A DNA stretch of 35,795 bases from a virus (taxonomy: Duplodnaviria > Caudoviricetes). The position numbers and the translations under genes were made by a program. Below the pieces are notes generated by a model. It had not been told where the DNA came from and ran no database searches. It saw only the letters and a program-made list of their open reading frames with translations. Of the stretch, positions 26,749 through 35,131 are shown piece by piece (positions within the stretch are counted from its first letter, which is position 1; every line of letters begins with the position of its first letter). Where the stretch lies: IMG/VR virus record IMGVR_UViG_3300034127_000023, positions 1 to 35,795 of that record. The stretch is one strand, 5' to 3'.

Positions 26749-27253
26749 TATTTCATCCGTTTTACTAATTCATACACATATTATAAATTTAAAAATTTAA
26801 TTTATAAATAGTAATCAATGCCTTAGGTTAAATATTAAACACTAAGCCTGATTATCGACATAATCAGACCTAAGAAAATAAATGTAGTTAATGTAGTCAA
26901 CGTTAGATAATTGCTGAATTAAATGAAAACTACATTATTGAAGTGGGAACTAATATTGTCCAAAAACAGGGTCTACGTACACACTAGTCCAATGAGGACA
27001 AAATGATATTTTTGTATTTAAAGAATATATTGATGCTTTAGAAAAAAATAAAATAAAACAAATTAACGACGTGAAGCCAGAATATATTTAAACTAATGCC
27101 AGAAGAGGGCAGAAATCTAAACTTTCGCGGGTTTAAAGCTTCTGGCATAAAGATCATTATATATAATCAATAAATCAATTCAATAAAAAAATTCTTGCCA
27201 AATATGATTAAAATATACCATACTGCGTTTTTTTGATAATTAATGAGGTCAAT

Positions 27254-27415
27254 ATGACGCAAGTTGATAAAAATAAAATTATTGAATTAGAAAACTCAGT
27301 AGAATTATTGCAAAAACAGATTACTGAATTAAAACAGCAAATAAAGATTAATTTATACGAGCTATGGGAATCTGTTTCAATGAATTCACCCATTAACTGT
27401 TATGGTTCTGTTTAA
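27254..27415 (+). CDS. Small coiled-coil protein, 53 aa
   Basis: GAGGT SD before MTQVDKNKIIELENSVELLQKQITELKQQI. Confidence 0.6.
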   Translation: MTQVDKNKIIELENSVELLQKQITELKQQIKINLYELWESVSMNSPINCYGSV

Positions 27416-27443
27416 ATATACAATTAACATTTCTAATTGATAA

Positions 27444-27480
27444 ATTATCAGTCGGTCACAAATTGTAACCGACTGATAAT
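27444..27480. terminator. Long palindrome between convergent genes (bidirectional terminator or binding site)
   Basis: ATTATCAGTCGGT-CACAAATTGTA-ACCGACTGATAAT. Confidence 0.65.
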
Positions 27481-27494
27481 GTTAAAAATTATAA

Positions 27495-28643
27495 TTATAT
27501 TACATGATATCCTATCAATATAGTTCCGTTAAGAGAGGTTGCAGCAGTATTATTGTAAATAGTTAATGTAGAGCTTCCACTACCTGCTGTTGCTGTCAGT
27601 GTTATATTTTTAGTTGTATTTGTACCACCCATTATAGTTAACAAAATAACACTAGTTGCACTAATGAAAGTATTTGTCCATGTAATGGCGTAGGATGATC
27701 CCCCTACTGTAGTAAGAGAAGACGTAGTGATTACGCCTGCTGAACCACTGGCTGTAACAGCATTTGCAGCTTCATTTCCATTTACTTTAGCAAATACGAT
27801 GCTGCTTCCAGCAGCCATTGTATTTGTACCTGAATTTAATAGAAAATTAGCTGTTGCTGAACCTGGATCTGGAATTGAAATAACCGAAGCTTGAGCCATT
27901 GCAGCATTAGACAAAGTAGTCGTTGTATTGCCCGTATTATTTACTGCAGCTAAAATTAACGATCCTCTTGCTGCTGTGGCTGGGAATGATGAAACAGTTC
28001 CAGCATTACCAGAAGAACCAGCTATCAAATTACCTACATCAGTTTCTAAACTTCCTGTCGCTATGTGTTGGGTTCCAGCACTATTAGAAATAATAAAGTT
28101 AGATGTAGAAACGCCTGGATCGGGAATGGATATAGTCGATGCTTGACCCATAGCCGCATTAGATATTGTTGTAATTGTATTTCCAGCATTGGCAACAGCT
28201 GTTAAATGTAAACTTCCTCTTGCTGCAGTAGTTGGAAAGCTAATCAATGCACCTGCTGTTCCTGACAATCCAGCCTGAATATTTCCACCGCTAATTGCTG
28301 TTGTTGGATCTTCTGATAAACCACCAGAAGTATTAGTATAAGTCGCAATGTGATTAGCTATTGTTGGAAGAACTATTGTTGATGATGCGGCTGATAATGT
28401 TATTACTCCATTAACAATGGTTGGGAGTAATTCAATATAAGTTCCAACTGTTGTATTAACGTTGTAGCTTATAATTGCATCAAATATATCAGTAGAATAA
28501 ATAAAGTTTGGATTAATACCTTGTTCTGTAAGATATCCAGCCGTTGTAACTGTTGCTAAATTATCTGTTGTGACTAATTGAACTCTTCTAGGAGTAACAC
28601 CATCTTGCCCAAGAAGTCCAAATGTAGATGAAATAATACCCAT
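27495..28643 (-). CDS. Tail fibre/virion appendage protein with an internal 84-aa duplication, 382 aa
   Basis: T/S/A/G-rich. SFP.TAARGSL...SNAAM.QAS.ISIPDPG occurs twice, 252 nt apart. Confidence 0.7.
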   Translation of the reverse strand: MGIISSTFGLLGQDGVTPRRVQLVTTDNLATVTTAGYLTEQGINPNFIYSTDIFDAIISYNVNTTVGTYIELLPTIVNGVITLSAASSTIVLPTIANHIATYTNTSGGLSEDPTTAISGGNIQAGLSGTAGALISFPTTAARGSLHLTAVANAGNTITTISNAAMGQASTISIPDPGVSTSNFIISNSAGTQHIATGSLETDVGNLIAGSSGNAGTVSSFPATAARGSLILAAVNNTGNTTTTLSNAAMAQASVISIPDPGSATANFLLNSGTNTMAAGSSIVFAKVNGNEAANAVTASGSAGVITTSSLTTVGGSSYAITWTNTFISATSVILLTIMGGTNTTKNITLTATAGSGSSTLTIYNNTAATSLNGTILIGYHVI

Positions 28644-28661
28644 TTTATGTCCTTATATTTT

Positions 28662-29504
28662 TTATTCAAATTCCCAAACAATTAAAACACCACCAGATCC
28701 AGTGCCACCGGCCCTTCCTGGGGTTGTTGCAGTAGCTCCACTGCCAGCCCCACCATACCCAGAACCATTATTTCCAGCAGCAGCAGCCGAAGCAATTCCT
28801 ACCCCACCAGCACCATAAACAGTGCTCCCACCGTTTCCAGAGGAAACAGTTCCTAAAATAGTTAACCCAGGATTTCCAGGATATCCGGCAGTTATTAAAT
28901 CTCCGTTGACCCCAAGTCCTCCGCTGCTTCCTGGTTGCAAAACAGTTTGAGAAGCTGTAAATGCAAAACACCCAACTCCACCAATACCACCTGTTGCTGA
29001 AATAGTTGAGGCACTAAAAGTAGTTGTTCCTCCGGTGCCTCCTGTTCCCCCGCCTGCTGCTCCCGCTGTCCCACCCGCACCAATTGTATAAGTATAAGAT
29101 GCCGCAGGACTTGCTATAAATAAAGAAGTGTAACCACCTCCGCCACCACCCGCAGCAGCAGAAAATGTACTAACTCCTCCAGTAGCTCCGCCACCACCGC
29201 CTCCACCACCTATAATCTCAACCAACAATTTATTGACGCCTGCTGGCTTTGTGTAAGTGGCTCCAGTTCCACTCGTAAAAATCCTTTTATTTACTAAAGT
29301 TCCAATAGTGGCTAATGTTCCTGTAGTTGGAAACGTTACAGTTGTATTTCCTGTAATAGTTCCAATAAAAGTATGGGCACCAGAAAAAGTGGTTGCGCCT
29401 CCCAATGTTAGAGTTGAGGATGACGCATTAGATACGCCAGTTCCCCCAATCGTCGGAGACATTGGCGTTATTTGATTAGCATTTATACTATTGTTAGTTG
29501 TCAT
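28662..29504 (-). CDS. Glycine-rich tail fibre protein, 280 aa
   Basis: YTKPAGV...IIGGGGGGGG...GVLIVWEF glycine-rich domain. Confidence 0.75.
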   Translation of the reverse strand: MTTNNSINANQITPMSPTIGGTGVSNASSSTLTLGGATTFSGAHTFIGTITGNTTVTFPTTGTLATIGTLVNKRIFTSGTGATYTKPAGVNKLLVEIIGGGGGGGGATGGVSTFSAAAGGGGGGYTSLFIASPAASYTYTIGAGGTAGAAGGGTGGTGGTTTFSASTISATGGIGGVGCFAFTASQTVLQPGSSGGLGVNGDLITAGYPGNPGLTILGTVSSGNGGSTVYGAGGVGIASAAAAGNNGSGYGGAGSGATATTPGRAGGTGSGGVLIVWEFE

Positions 29505-29516
29505 ATAAGTTTATCC

Positions 29517-30008
29517 TTAAACTACAGTGATATTTCCCTGACTTGAAACAACCGTCCAAATTGTATTGGCTGTTAAACAACGCAATCTAATGTTATCAAA
29601 TTGAGATACACTAGATAAAGATCCACCTGCTCCTAATGTTGTCGCTAATGTTCCAAAATGAATTTGTTGTCCAGCAGCTTGAGCTAATGTCCATAAACCA
29701 GAGCCTTTACCATTTATTTCTATAAAATCACCAATAGCTGATGTTGTAGGCAATGTAAAAACGACTAAAGTTACACCAGCATCAGATGTATACCCAATGT
29801 TGGATGTCATTGTTACTGGTGTTGTTGTTTGATCAATCCATCCAGAGCTACCTGAGCTTGAAATAGTTATTGATCCAGGGCCGTTTACGATAGAAACTCC
29901 AGCGCCAGCAGTTAATGTAGCTGCAACTGGATTTACGCCGGCAGAACCAATAAATGTTTGACCATCTAATGTTAATTGTGGGGTGTTAGTCGAGTTATTT
30001 GTAGCCAT
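29517..30008 (-). CDS. Short fibre protein, 163 aa
   Basis: LTAGAGVSIVNGPGSITIS. C-terminal domain shared with 30033..30950. Confidence 0.7.
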   Translation of the reverse strand: MATNNSTNTPQLTLDGQTFIGSAGVNPVAATLTAGAGVSIVNGPGSITISSSGSSGWIDQTTTPVTMTSNIGYTSDAGVTLVVFTLPTTSAIGDFIEINGKGSGLWTLAQAAGQQIHFGTLATTLGAGGSLSSVSQFDNIRLRCLTANTIWTVVSSQGNITVV

Positions 30009-30032
30009 AATTATACAATCCTTGTATTAATA

Positions 30033-30950
30033 TTAAGTGTAATTTAAATTTCCCATTGAAGAATAAGCAGACCAATTTGTATTAGCAATTGTACATACTA
30101 TAGAAATACTGTCTCCAACTGTGTTTGATGACCAGCTTCCAGTAATGCCCGTTGTTGATGAAATATCGCCAACTCTTATAGTTTGTCCAGAATTTTGTAC
30201 AATTGACCAAGATATAGAAGTTCCCATTGCAATTTGCAAAGTAGCTCCAACTTTGGAAGTGATGGGCAAAGTAAAAGCAACATTTGACCCAGAATTGTTT
30301 GCAATGTAACTGAATTCTGGAACTAAATTCGCAGTTGGTGCTGCAATTGAAATCCAAGTTGGAAAAATAACAGTAGATGTATTTAAAATATCAAATTGAA
30401 TAAATGTTATTGGACTTGAGCCTATAATAAATGGTCCAGCTGAAGTTTCAATAAACGAAATATTTGATAATGTATTTCCCTCTTGAACTAATACAATTTG
30501 ATATTGAATAATTTGAGCAGGATTATTGTAATCTGTTGCTCTTGTTAGAACCCAGTTTGTTAAACTTGTTCCTACATTTGAAACAAAATAAATTCCATTT
30601 TGAGTTGTATTTGATTGTTGCCATACTAAAACTCTTTGATTAAGTTGTAAGTTGATTCCATCAATTATTAATACGCCCATTGTACTATTATTAGTTAATG
30701 TAGCGCCTACTCCTGCCGTTCCGTTGTCATAAGTAGCTGATAATGGAGTGGTAGTTGCAACTAAAACAGCTTGAACAGTTTTAATTCCAACAGCTGAAAA
30801 GTAGAAATCAAATTCATCGCTTCTAATAAATTTTTTAGTAGTTCCAGCAGCGGCTTGTGTTGTATCTTGAGTATCTGTAGCCGGAGTTAAATCTGTGGCC
30901 TTTGGTACACCCGTTGCTAGTGTACTAATAGGTTCAATAATCTGAGCCAT
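30033..30950 (-). CDS. Tail fibre-associated protein, 305 aa
   Basis: IDG..L....RVLV..Q....QNGIY.V...WVLTRATD motif of phage fibre proteins. Confidence 0.75.
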   Translation of the reverse strand: MAQIIEPISTLATGVPKATDLTPATDTQDTTQAAAGTTKKFIRSDEFDFYFSAVGIKTVQAVLVATTTPLSATYDNGTAGVGATLTNNSTMGVLIIDGINLQLNQRVLVWQQSNTTQNGIYFVSNVGTSLTNWVLTRATDYNNPAQIIQYQIVLVQEGNTLSNISFIETSAGPFIIGSSPITFIQFDILNTSTVIFPTWISIAAPTANLVPEFSYIANNSGSNVAFTLPITSKVGATLQIAMGTSISWSIVQNSGQTIRVGDISSTTGITGSWSSNTVGDSISIVCTIANTNWSAYSSMGNLNYT

Positions 30951-30968
30951 CCTTAGCCCCTATGTTAA

Positions 30969-31349
30969 TTACATCACATTAGTATATAAATTTGTTGCAT
31001 AATATTTAACTGTTATATGAGAGCCGCCAGTATCAGAAGTAATAAAACTTAATGTTTGTCCGGCTTTTACGTAACGAATCAATCCAATTTGAGGAATTAT
31101 TTCTGAAGTCGAAGCCGAAAATGCTCCAGTAGGTGCCACAGCAGTTCCAATTCCATCAAAGTATACTGTTTTACCATATTCAATAGCTATAACTGCCATC
31201 CAATATCGTTGTGAAGAAGGAACAGTAATATGTTGTTCTGTAGTGGCTGCTAGAAGAGCTGAAAAACCATCTAATGCAACTGGTAAATTTGCGCTAGTTC
31301 CTATTGCTGTTCCTGAATCGTCTCTATTAATTAAATAACCAGTAGACAT
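30969..31349 (-). CDS. Small virion protein, 126 aa
   Basis: Beta-rich. Lies inside the tail operon. Confidence 0.6.
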   Translation of the reverse strand: MSTGYLINRDDSGTAIGTSANLPVALDGFSALLAATTEQHITVPSSQRYWMAVIAIEYGKTVYFDGIGTAVAPTGAFSASTSEIIPQIGLIRYVKAGQTLSFITSDTGGSHITVKYYATNLYTNVM

Positions 31350-31363
31350 ATTTTAATCTCCGT

Positions 31364-33550
31364 TTAAAATGCGCCAATTCTTAAATCAATAACATAATGA
31401 TAATCTACATAAGCATAAGCGTTAGGCAATGCTGCAACAGCTTGAGTAAATAATGCTGCTGGATTTAAAGATGCATATTGAAAAGATTTTTGGCCAAATT
31501 GAATTGCTGTATAATTTCCTGCAATAGCAATATCTTGGGTATAAGCCGTCCCATTATTGACTATAGTTGCTAAAACATTCCCGCCTGTTCCAGTTATGGG
31601 AGAATAAAAAGTAATTCTTGATGCAGCAGCCGGAACCCATTTTACAGAATTATAATTTAGATCAATTAAAGTTCCATACATTGAAGTAGTCGCTCCTCCG
31701 CCATCTGGTTGAGCATTTTGTCTAGCCGTTATTAGTCCAGATGGAGATGCGGCCGTTCCAGGAACAACGGCATTGTCATAACTTTTTTCATAGAAAAATT
31801 GACATTCTTTCAATACATCATCAAATGTTTTTGGTGCTGGTTTAGTTGGAATATCACCTGGGACAACTGATATAGAATTAAAATTAACTGTAGCTGCATT
31901 GTTCATTGCAGCAAATCCTACAAAAATTGCGAAATAACTTGCTGTTGCTGATGCTGTAGTTCCTGTGGCATCCCAGCCATTAAAACCATAATTGGATAAA
32001 GTTGAATTCAACAAGAATTGCGCATTACCTGCATTATTATTGCGTGTTATTTCTGTCCAGCCTGCTGCAACAGCTGTTGGATATCCATTTGCATTAACAG
32101 TAGTAACAAATGACAAGGGCAGCGTTGGAACAAGTGCGTTTGGTGTATACCATAAGGATATTGTTCCAATTAATCCATTTGTATTTGATGTAAATGCTTC
32201 AACATTCACGGACAATCTATTTTTAAACATTTCTTCAGTAATTGGAGCTGGTAAATATTGTATTAATCCAAATTGAGTTGCATTGGTTACATCTGATGAT
32301 GTAATAATCATAGCGCCATTTGAGGCTCGTGTAGTTCCCATTTTACTAATCGTTGTTTGAAATAAAATGGTTTGATCCCAAGTTGATTTATTAAAAACAG
32401 CAGCAGCAGGAACCGTGCTTCCATTAGGCTGAGCTGGATTTAATGGGAAATCCCAACCCACTAGATAAGATGATATAGGTTTATCTTGTAAAGGCTGACT
32501 GTAATAATGAAATAAATGGTCTAACTCTCTTTGCGTTGTTTGTTCGATAAAATTGGTTGTGATGTTTTCATTTGCGACGCCAATTACTTGTATGCTTGTT
32601 ATTTGAATATGAGCGCCTGGAGGTATATTAATTATAATATCCACATAGCCTGGCGTTAAAGGACTGTCGTTATTTATAACCCCATTTATAGCTTTAGTTC
32701 CTGAATACTGATTAAATCCTGTTGCAGGAATTACTTGATTTATTAATTGATAGCTAGTTCCTATGGGTGCATTTGATGGAACATAATCCATTGTTAAAAA
32801 GTGCGTGCTGGAATCTTGCGATCCCACTACAAACGATCCATTTGCAAATCCATTAGCTAGAATCCTTGGATCTTCTAACAATCTTTGCCTTAACTTAAGA
32901 GACGTTAAAGTATTTGATGAAGTAATATCGAGTAAAAATGATGGGTTTGATTTAATTGCGTTATTAGTTGATGCAATTTGTTTGACAGTAAAAGTTCCTG
33001 AGCCACTTGTAATAACATCCCAATCTGGCGCTATATTAGTTACTAATGCTGTGCCTGTGACATTATAAACAACACCTGTTGAAGGTGTCGTTGTGCTGAA
33101 ATTAACTACTGAAAACTGTGGATTTGAAATAATATTATCTGTAAGCGCTAAACTAGACAAACTACTTGATGCGGAAGATAAGTTAGGCCAAGCATCTCTA
33201 CTAAATTGAAAGACACCTTGTGCACTATATACAGTAATAAAATATAAATCGATTATTCCTAATGTTGAATTGGGAGAACCATCATAAGGAAAAAAATAAG
33301 GAATAATATCATTTCCATTTTCATCAATAAAAGTTCCTACTGATGAAAGCTGCAATGGATTTGCTAAAGGTGTATATATAAAAGTATTAGATGGAGTAGC
33401 GCTTAACTGATACACAGGCTTTAACACCGTGTGATCGTTATCTTCATAAAAAGTCACTATTCCCGCGCTTAAAGGAAATCCAGAGTCTTTATCTACAAAA
33501 TAATCTTGAAGACTAGGTACTTGAACAAACCTAGGATCTAGTGAAGGCAT
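31364..33550 (-). CDS. Main tail fibre/tailspike-like protein with N-terminal particle-binding domain, 728 aa
   Basis: DKDSGFPLSAGIVTFYED...LKPVY..NPLQLSSVG resembles podophage tailspike head-binding domains. LKECQFFYEKSY fibre motif. Confidence 0.8.
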   Translation of the reverse strand: MPSLDPRFVQVPSLQDYFVDKDSGFPLSAGIVTFYEDNDHTVLKPVYQLSATPSNTFIYTPLANPLQLSSVGTFIDENGNDIIPYFFPYDGSPNSTLGIIDLYFITVYSAQGVFQFSRDAWPNLSSASSSLSSLALTDNIISNPQFSVVNFSTTTPSTGVVYNVTGTALVTNIAPDWDVITSGSGTFTVKQIASTNNAIKSNPSFLLDITSSNTLTSLKLRQRLLEDPRILANGFANGSFVVGSQDSSTHFLTMDYVPSNAPIGTSYQLINQVIPATGFNQYSGTKAINGVINNDSPLTPGYVDIIINIPPGAHIQITSIQVIGVANENITTNFIEQTTQRELDHLFHYYSQPLQDKPISSYLVGWDFPLNPAQPNGSTVPAAAVFNKSTWDQTILFQTTISKMGTTRASNGAMIITSSDVTNATQFGLIQYLPAPITEEMFKNRLSVNVEAFTSNTNGLIGTISLWYTPNALVPTLPLSFVTTVNANGYPTAVAAGWTEITRNNNAGNAQFLLNSTLSNYGFNGWDATGTTASATASYFAIFVGFAAMNNAATVNFNSISVVPGDIPTKPAPKTFDDVLKECQFFYEKSYDNAVVPGTAASPSGLITARQNAQPDGGGATTSMYGTLIDLNYNSVKWVPAAASRITFYSPITGTGGNVLATIVNNGTAYTQDIAIAGNYTAIQFGQKSFQYASLNPAALFTQAVAALPNAYAYVDYHYVIDLRIGAF

Positions 33551-33690
33551 AGATAAATCCTTTATCTATATTGATTGTTCATTCTACAATAACTTCAATT
33601 GAAATACCAATTTATCAAATTATTTTGACCTATGTTTGATTAAATTATGAGCATTTGATATACTATAATTTTGAGCAATATGAAATTATT

Positions 33691-33933
33691 ATGTCTACAG
33701 AAAAACTTGAACCTCCAAAAGAAAATAATATAATCCCTCAATCCATTGAAATTAAAGTTGCATTACTTGAACAAAGTATTGGATTTATTAATCAAACATT
33801 AATCAGATTAGAGAAAAAAATAGATGATGGCTTTAATAAAACAGATTCTAATTATAAATGGTTAATAAGAATGATTGTTGGCATTTATGCTTCAGGATTT
33901 ATAACTTTACTTGGATACTTTTTAAAACATTAA
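33691..33933 (+). CDS. Coiled-coil protein with C-terminal TM anchor (Bdr/DUF1640/XhlA-like architecture), type A1, 80 aa
   Basis: MSTEKLEPPKE...VALLEQSIG...KWLIRMIVGIYASGFITLLGYFLKH. Confidence 0.7.
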   Translation: MSTEKLEPPKENNIIPQSIEIKVALLEQSIGFINQTLIRLEKKIDDGFNKTDSNYKWLIRMIVGIYASGFITLLGYFLKH

Positions 33934-34039
33934 CATTTTATTATGATAACTATAAATGACCTCATGAAAAGACTACAAGCGTTTAAATTTGAATTGATGC
34001 CAAACGGTGAACAGCAATTTTGAGCAATATGAAATCATT

Positions 34040-34357
34040 ATGTCTACTGAAAAGATTGAGCCACCAAAAGAGAATAGTATAGTTCCAAATTCAATTGATA
34101 CTTGTGTCGCTTTGCTTGAGCAAAGCATTGGTTCTATTAATCAAACATTGATTAGAATCGAACTTCAAATGAAAGATGGATTTAATAGAATAGATGCAAG
34201 ATTTGAAAAGATAGATGCAAGATTTGAAAAGACAGAATCTAAATTTGAATTAGAATTTAAAGAAATTAAAAAAGATATTAAATATAATTTTAGATATCTT
34301 TTTACTATTATTTGCGGCTTAGGTGCAATGGTTGCTCATGGTTTTCACTGGTTTTAA
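34040..34357 (+). CDS. Paralogous coiled-coil/TM protein, type A2, 105 aa
   Basis: N-terminus and upstream DNA duplicated from 33667-33810. 21-bp tandem repeat at 34190-34231 (IDARFEK x2). Confidence 0.75.
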   Translation: MSTEKIEPPKENSIVPNSIDTCVALLEQSIGSINQTLIRIELQMKDGFNRIDARFEKIDARFEKTESKFELEFKEIKKDIKYNFRYLFTIICGLGAMVAHGFHWF

Positions 34358-34458
34358 CGAGTAAACATGTTGACGTTAAAAGAATTTGTTAAAATTGTTA
34401 AATTTTTATTTATTTTACCAATTGTTTTATATCATTATAATTTAGTTTAGAGGTTAAT

Positions 34459-34674
34459 ATGTCATCAAATAATCCAGAGTTTTATATTGACCATGAAGTT
34501 AGATTGCGTTCAACTGAAAATAAATATATAGATTTAAAAGACGAAATAAAAGAAGTTAGATTGGAACTTAAATCCGAAATTAAAGAAGTTCGTAATTTAA
34601 TTTACTGGTTGATCGGAATTGGAATTACATCAATTATTTTACCAATTGTTTTACATCATTATAATTTAGTTTAG
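34459..34674 (+). CDS. Coiled-coil/TM protein, type B1, 71 aa
   Basis: GAGGT SD. RLRSTENKYIDL...RNLIYWLIGIGITSIILPIVLHHYNLV. Confidence 0.8.
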   Translation: MSSNNPEFYIDHEVRLRSTENKYIDLKDEIKEVRLELKSEIKEVRNLIYWLIGIGITSIILPIVLHHYNLV

Positions 34675-34682
34675 GGTTTTAT

Positions 34683-35072
34683 ATGTCATCAAATAATGTC
34701 GAATTATACGTAGACCAAGAAATTAGATTAAGATCAACTGAAAATAAATATATAGATTTAAGAGAAGAAATAAAAAGCGCTAAAATTGACATTAAGGAAG
34801 AGATAAAAAATATCAGAGAAGAAATAAAAGACGTACGAGTAGAACTTAAAGAAGATATAAAAAGTGTCAAAGTAGAACTTAAAGAAGATATAAAAAGTGT
34901 CAAAGTAGAGCTTAAAGAAGATATAAAAAGTGTCAAAGTAGAGCTTAAAGAAGATATAAAAAGTGTTAGGAAAGAAATAAATGACGTGCGCAATTTAATT
35001 TACTGGGTAATTGGTATGTTAATTACATCAATTATTTTACCAATTGTTTTACATCATTATAATTTAGTTTAG
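34683..35072 (+). CDS. Coiled-coil/TM protein, type B2, 129 aa, with hendecad repeats
   Basis: Paralogue of B1 with inserted VELKEDIKSVK repeats. Confidence 0.8.
   Translation: MSSNNVELYVDQEIRLRSTENKYIDLREEIKSAKIDIKEEIKNIREEIKDVRVELKEDIKSVKVELKEDIKSVKVELKEDIKSVKVELKEDIKSVRKEINDVRNLIYWVIGMLITSIILPIVLHHYNLV
34838..34966 (+). repeat. 33-bp tandem repeat, about 3.9 copies
   Basis: agtaga(a/g)cttaaagaagatataaaaagtgtcaa starting at 34838, 34871, 34904 and 34937. Confidence 0.95.
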
Positions 35073-35080
35073 AGGTTAAT

Positions 35081-35131
35081 ATGGGTATTTTATTTGTTAT
35101 GGCTTGTATTATTTTTTTTGCACTTGTTTAA
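35081..35131 (+). CDS. Possible 16-aa hydrophobic peptide MGILFVMACIIFFALV
   Basis: GAGGT SD and ATG supplied by the third 51-bp repeat. Confidence 0.35.
   Translation: MGILFVMACIIFFALV

Larger units (their letters stand above)
34411..35083 (+). repeat. Three 51-bp direct repeats (34411-34461, 34635-34685, 35033-35083)
   Basis: tattttaccaattgtttta(t/c)atcattataatttagtttag...atatg. Copies 1 and 3 differ by 1 nt, copies 2 and 3 by 3 nt. Confidence 0.9.

Noticed and set aside
27000-27091. Possible integrase N-terminal remnant (FKEYIDALEKNKIKQINDVKPEYI)
   Set aside because: Too short, no start codon and no catalytic motifs.
27495-33550. Diversity-generating retroelement or invertible tail cassette
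   Set aside because: No reverse transcriptase or invertase. The 252-nt duplication is diverged at all base types.
34411-35083. CRISPR array
   Set aside because: Repeats are 51 bp and coding, the intervening segments are 173 and 347 nt paralogous genes, and there are no cas genes.
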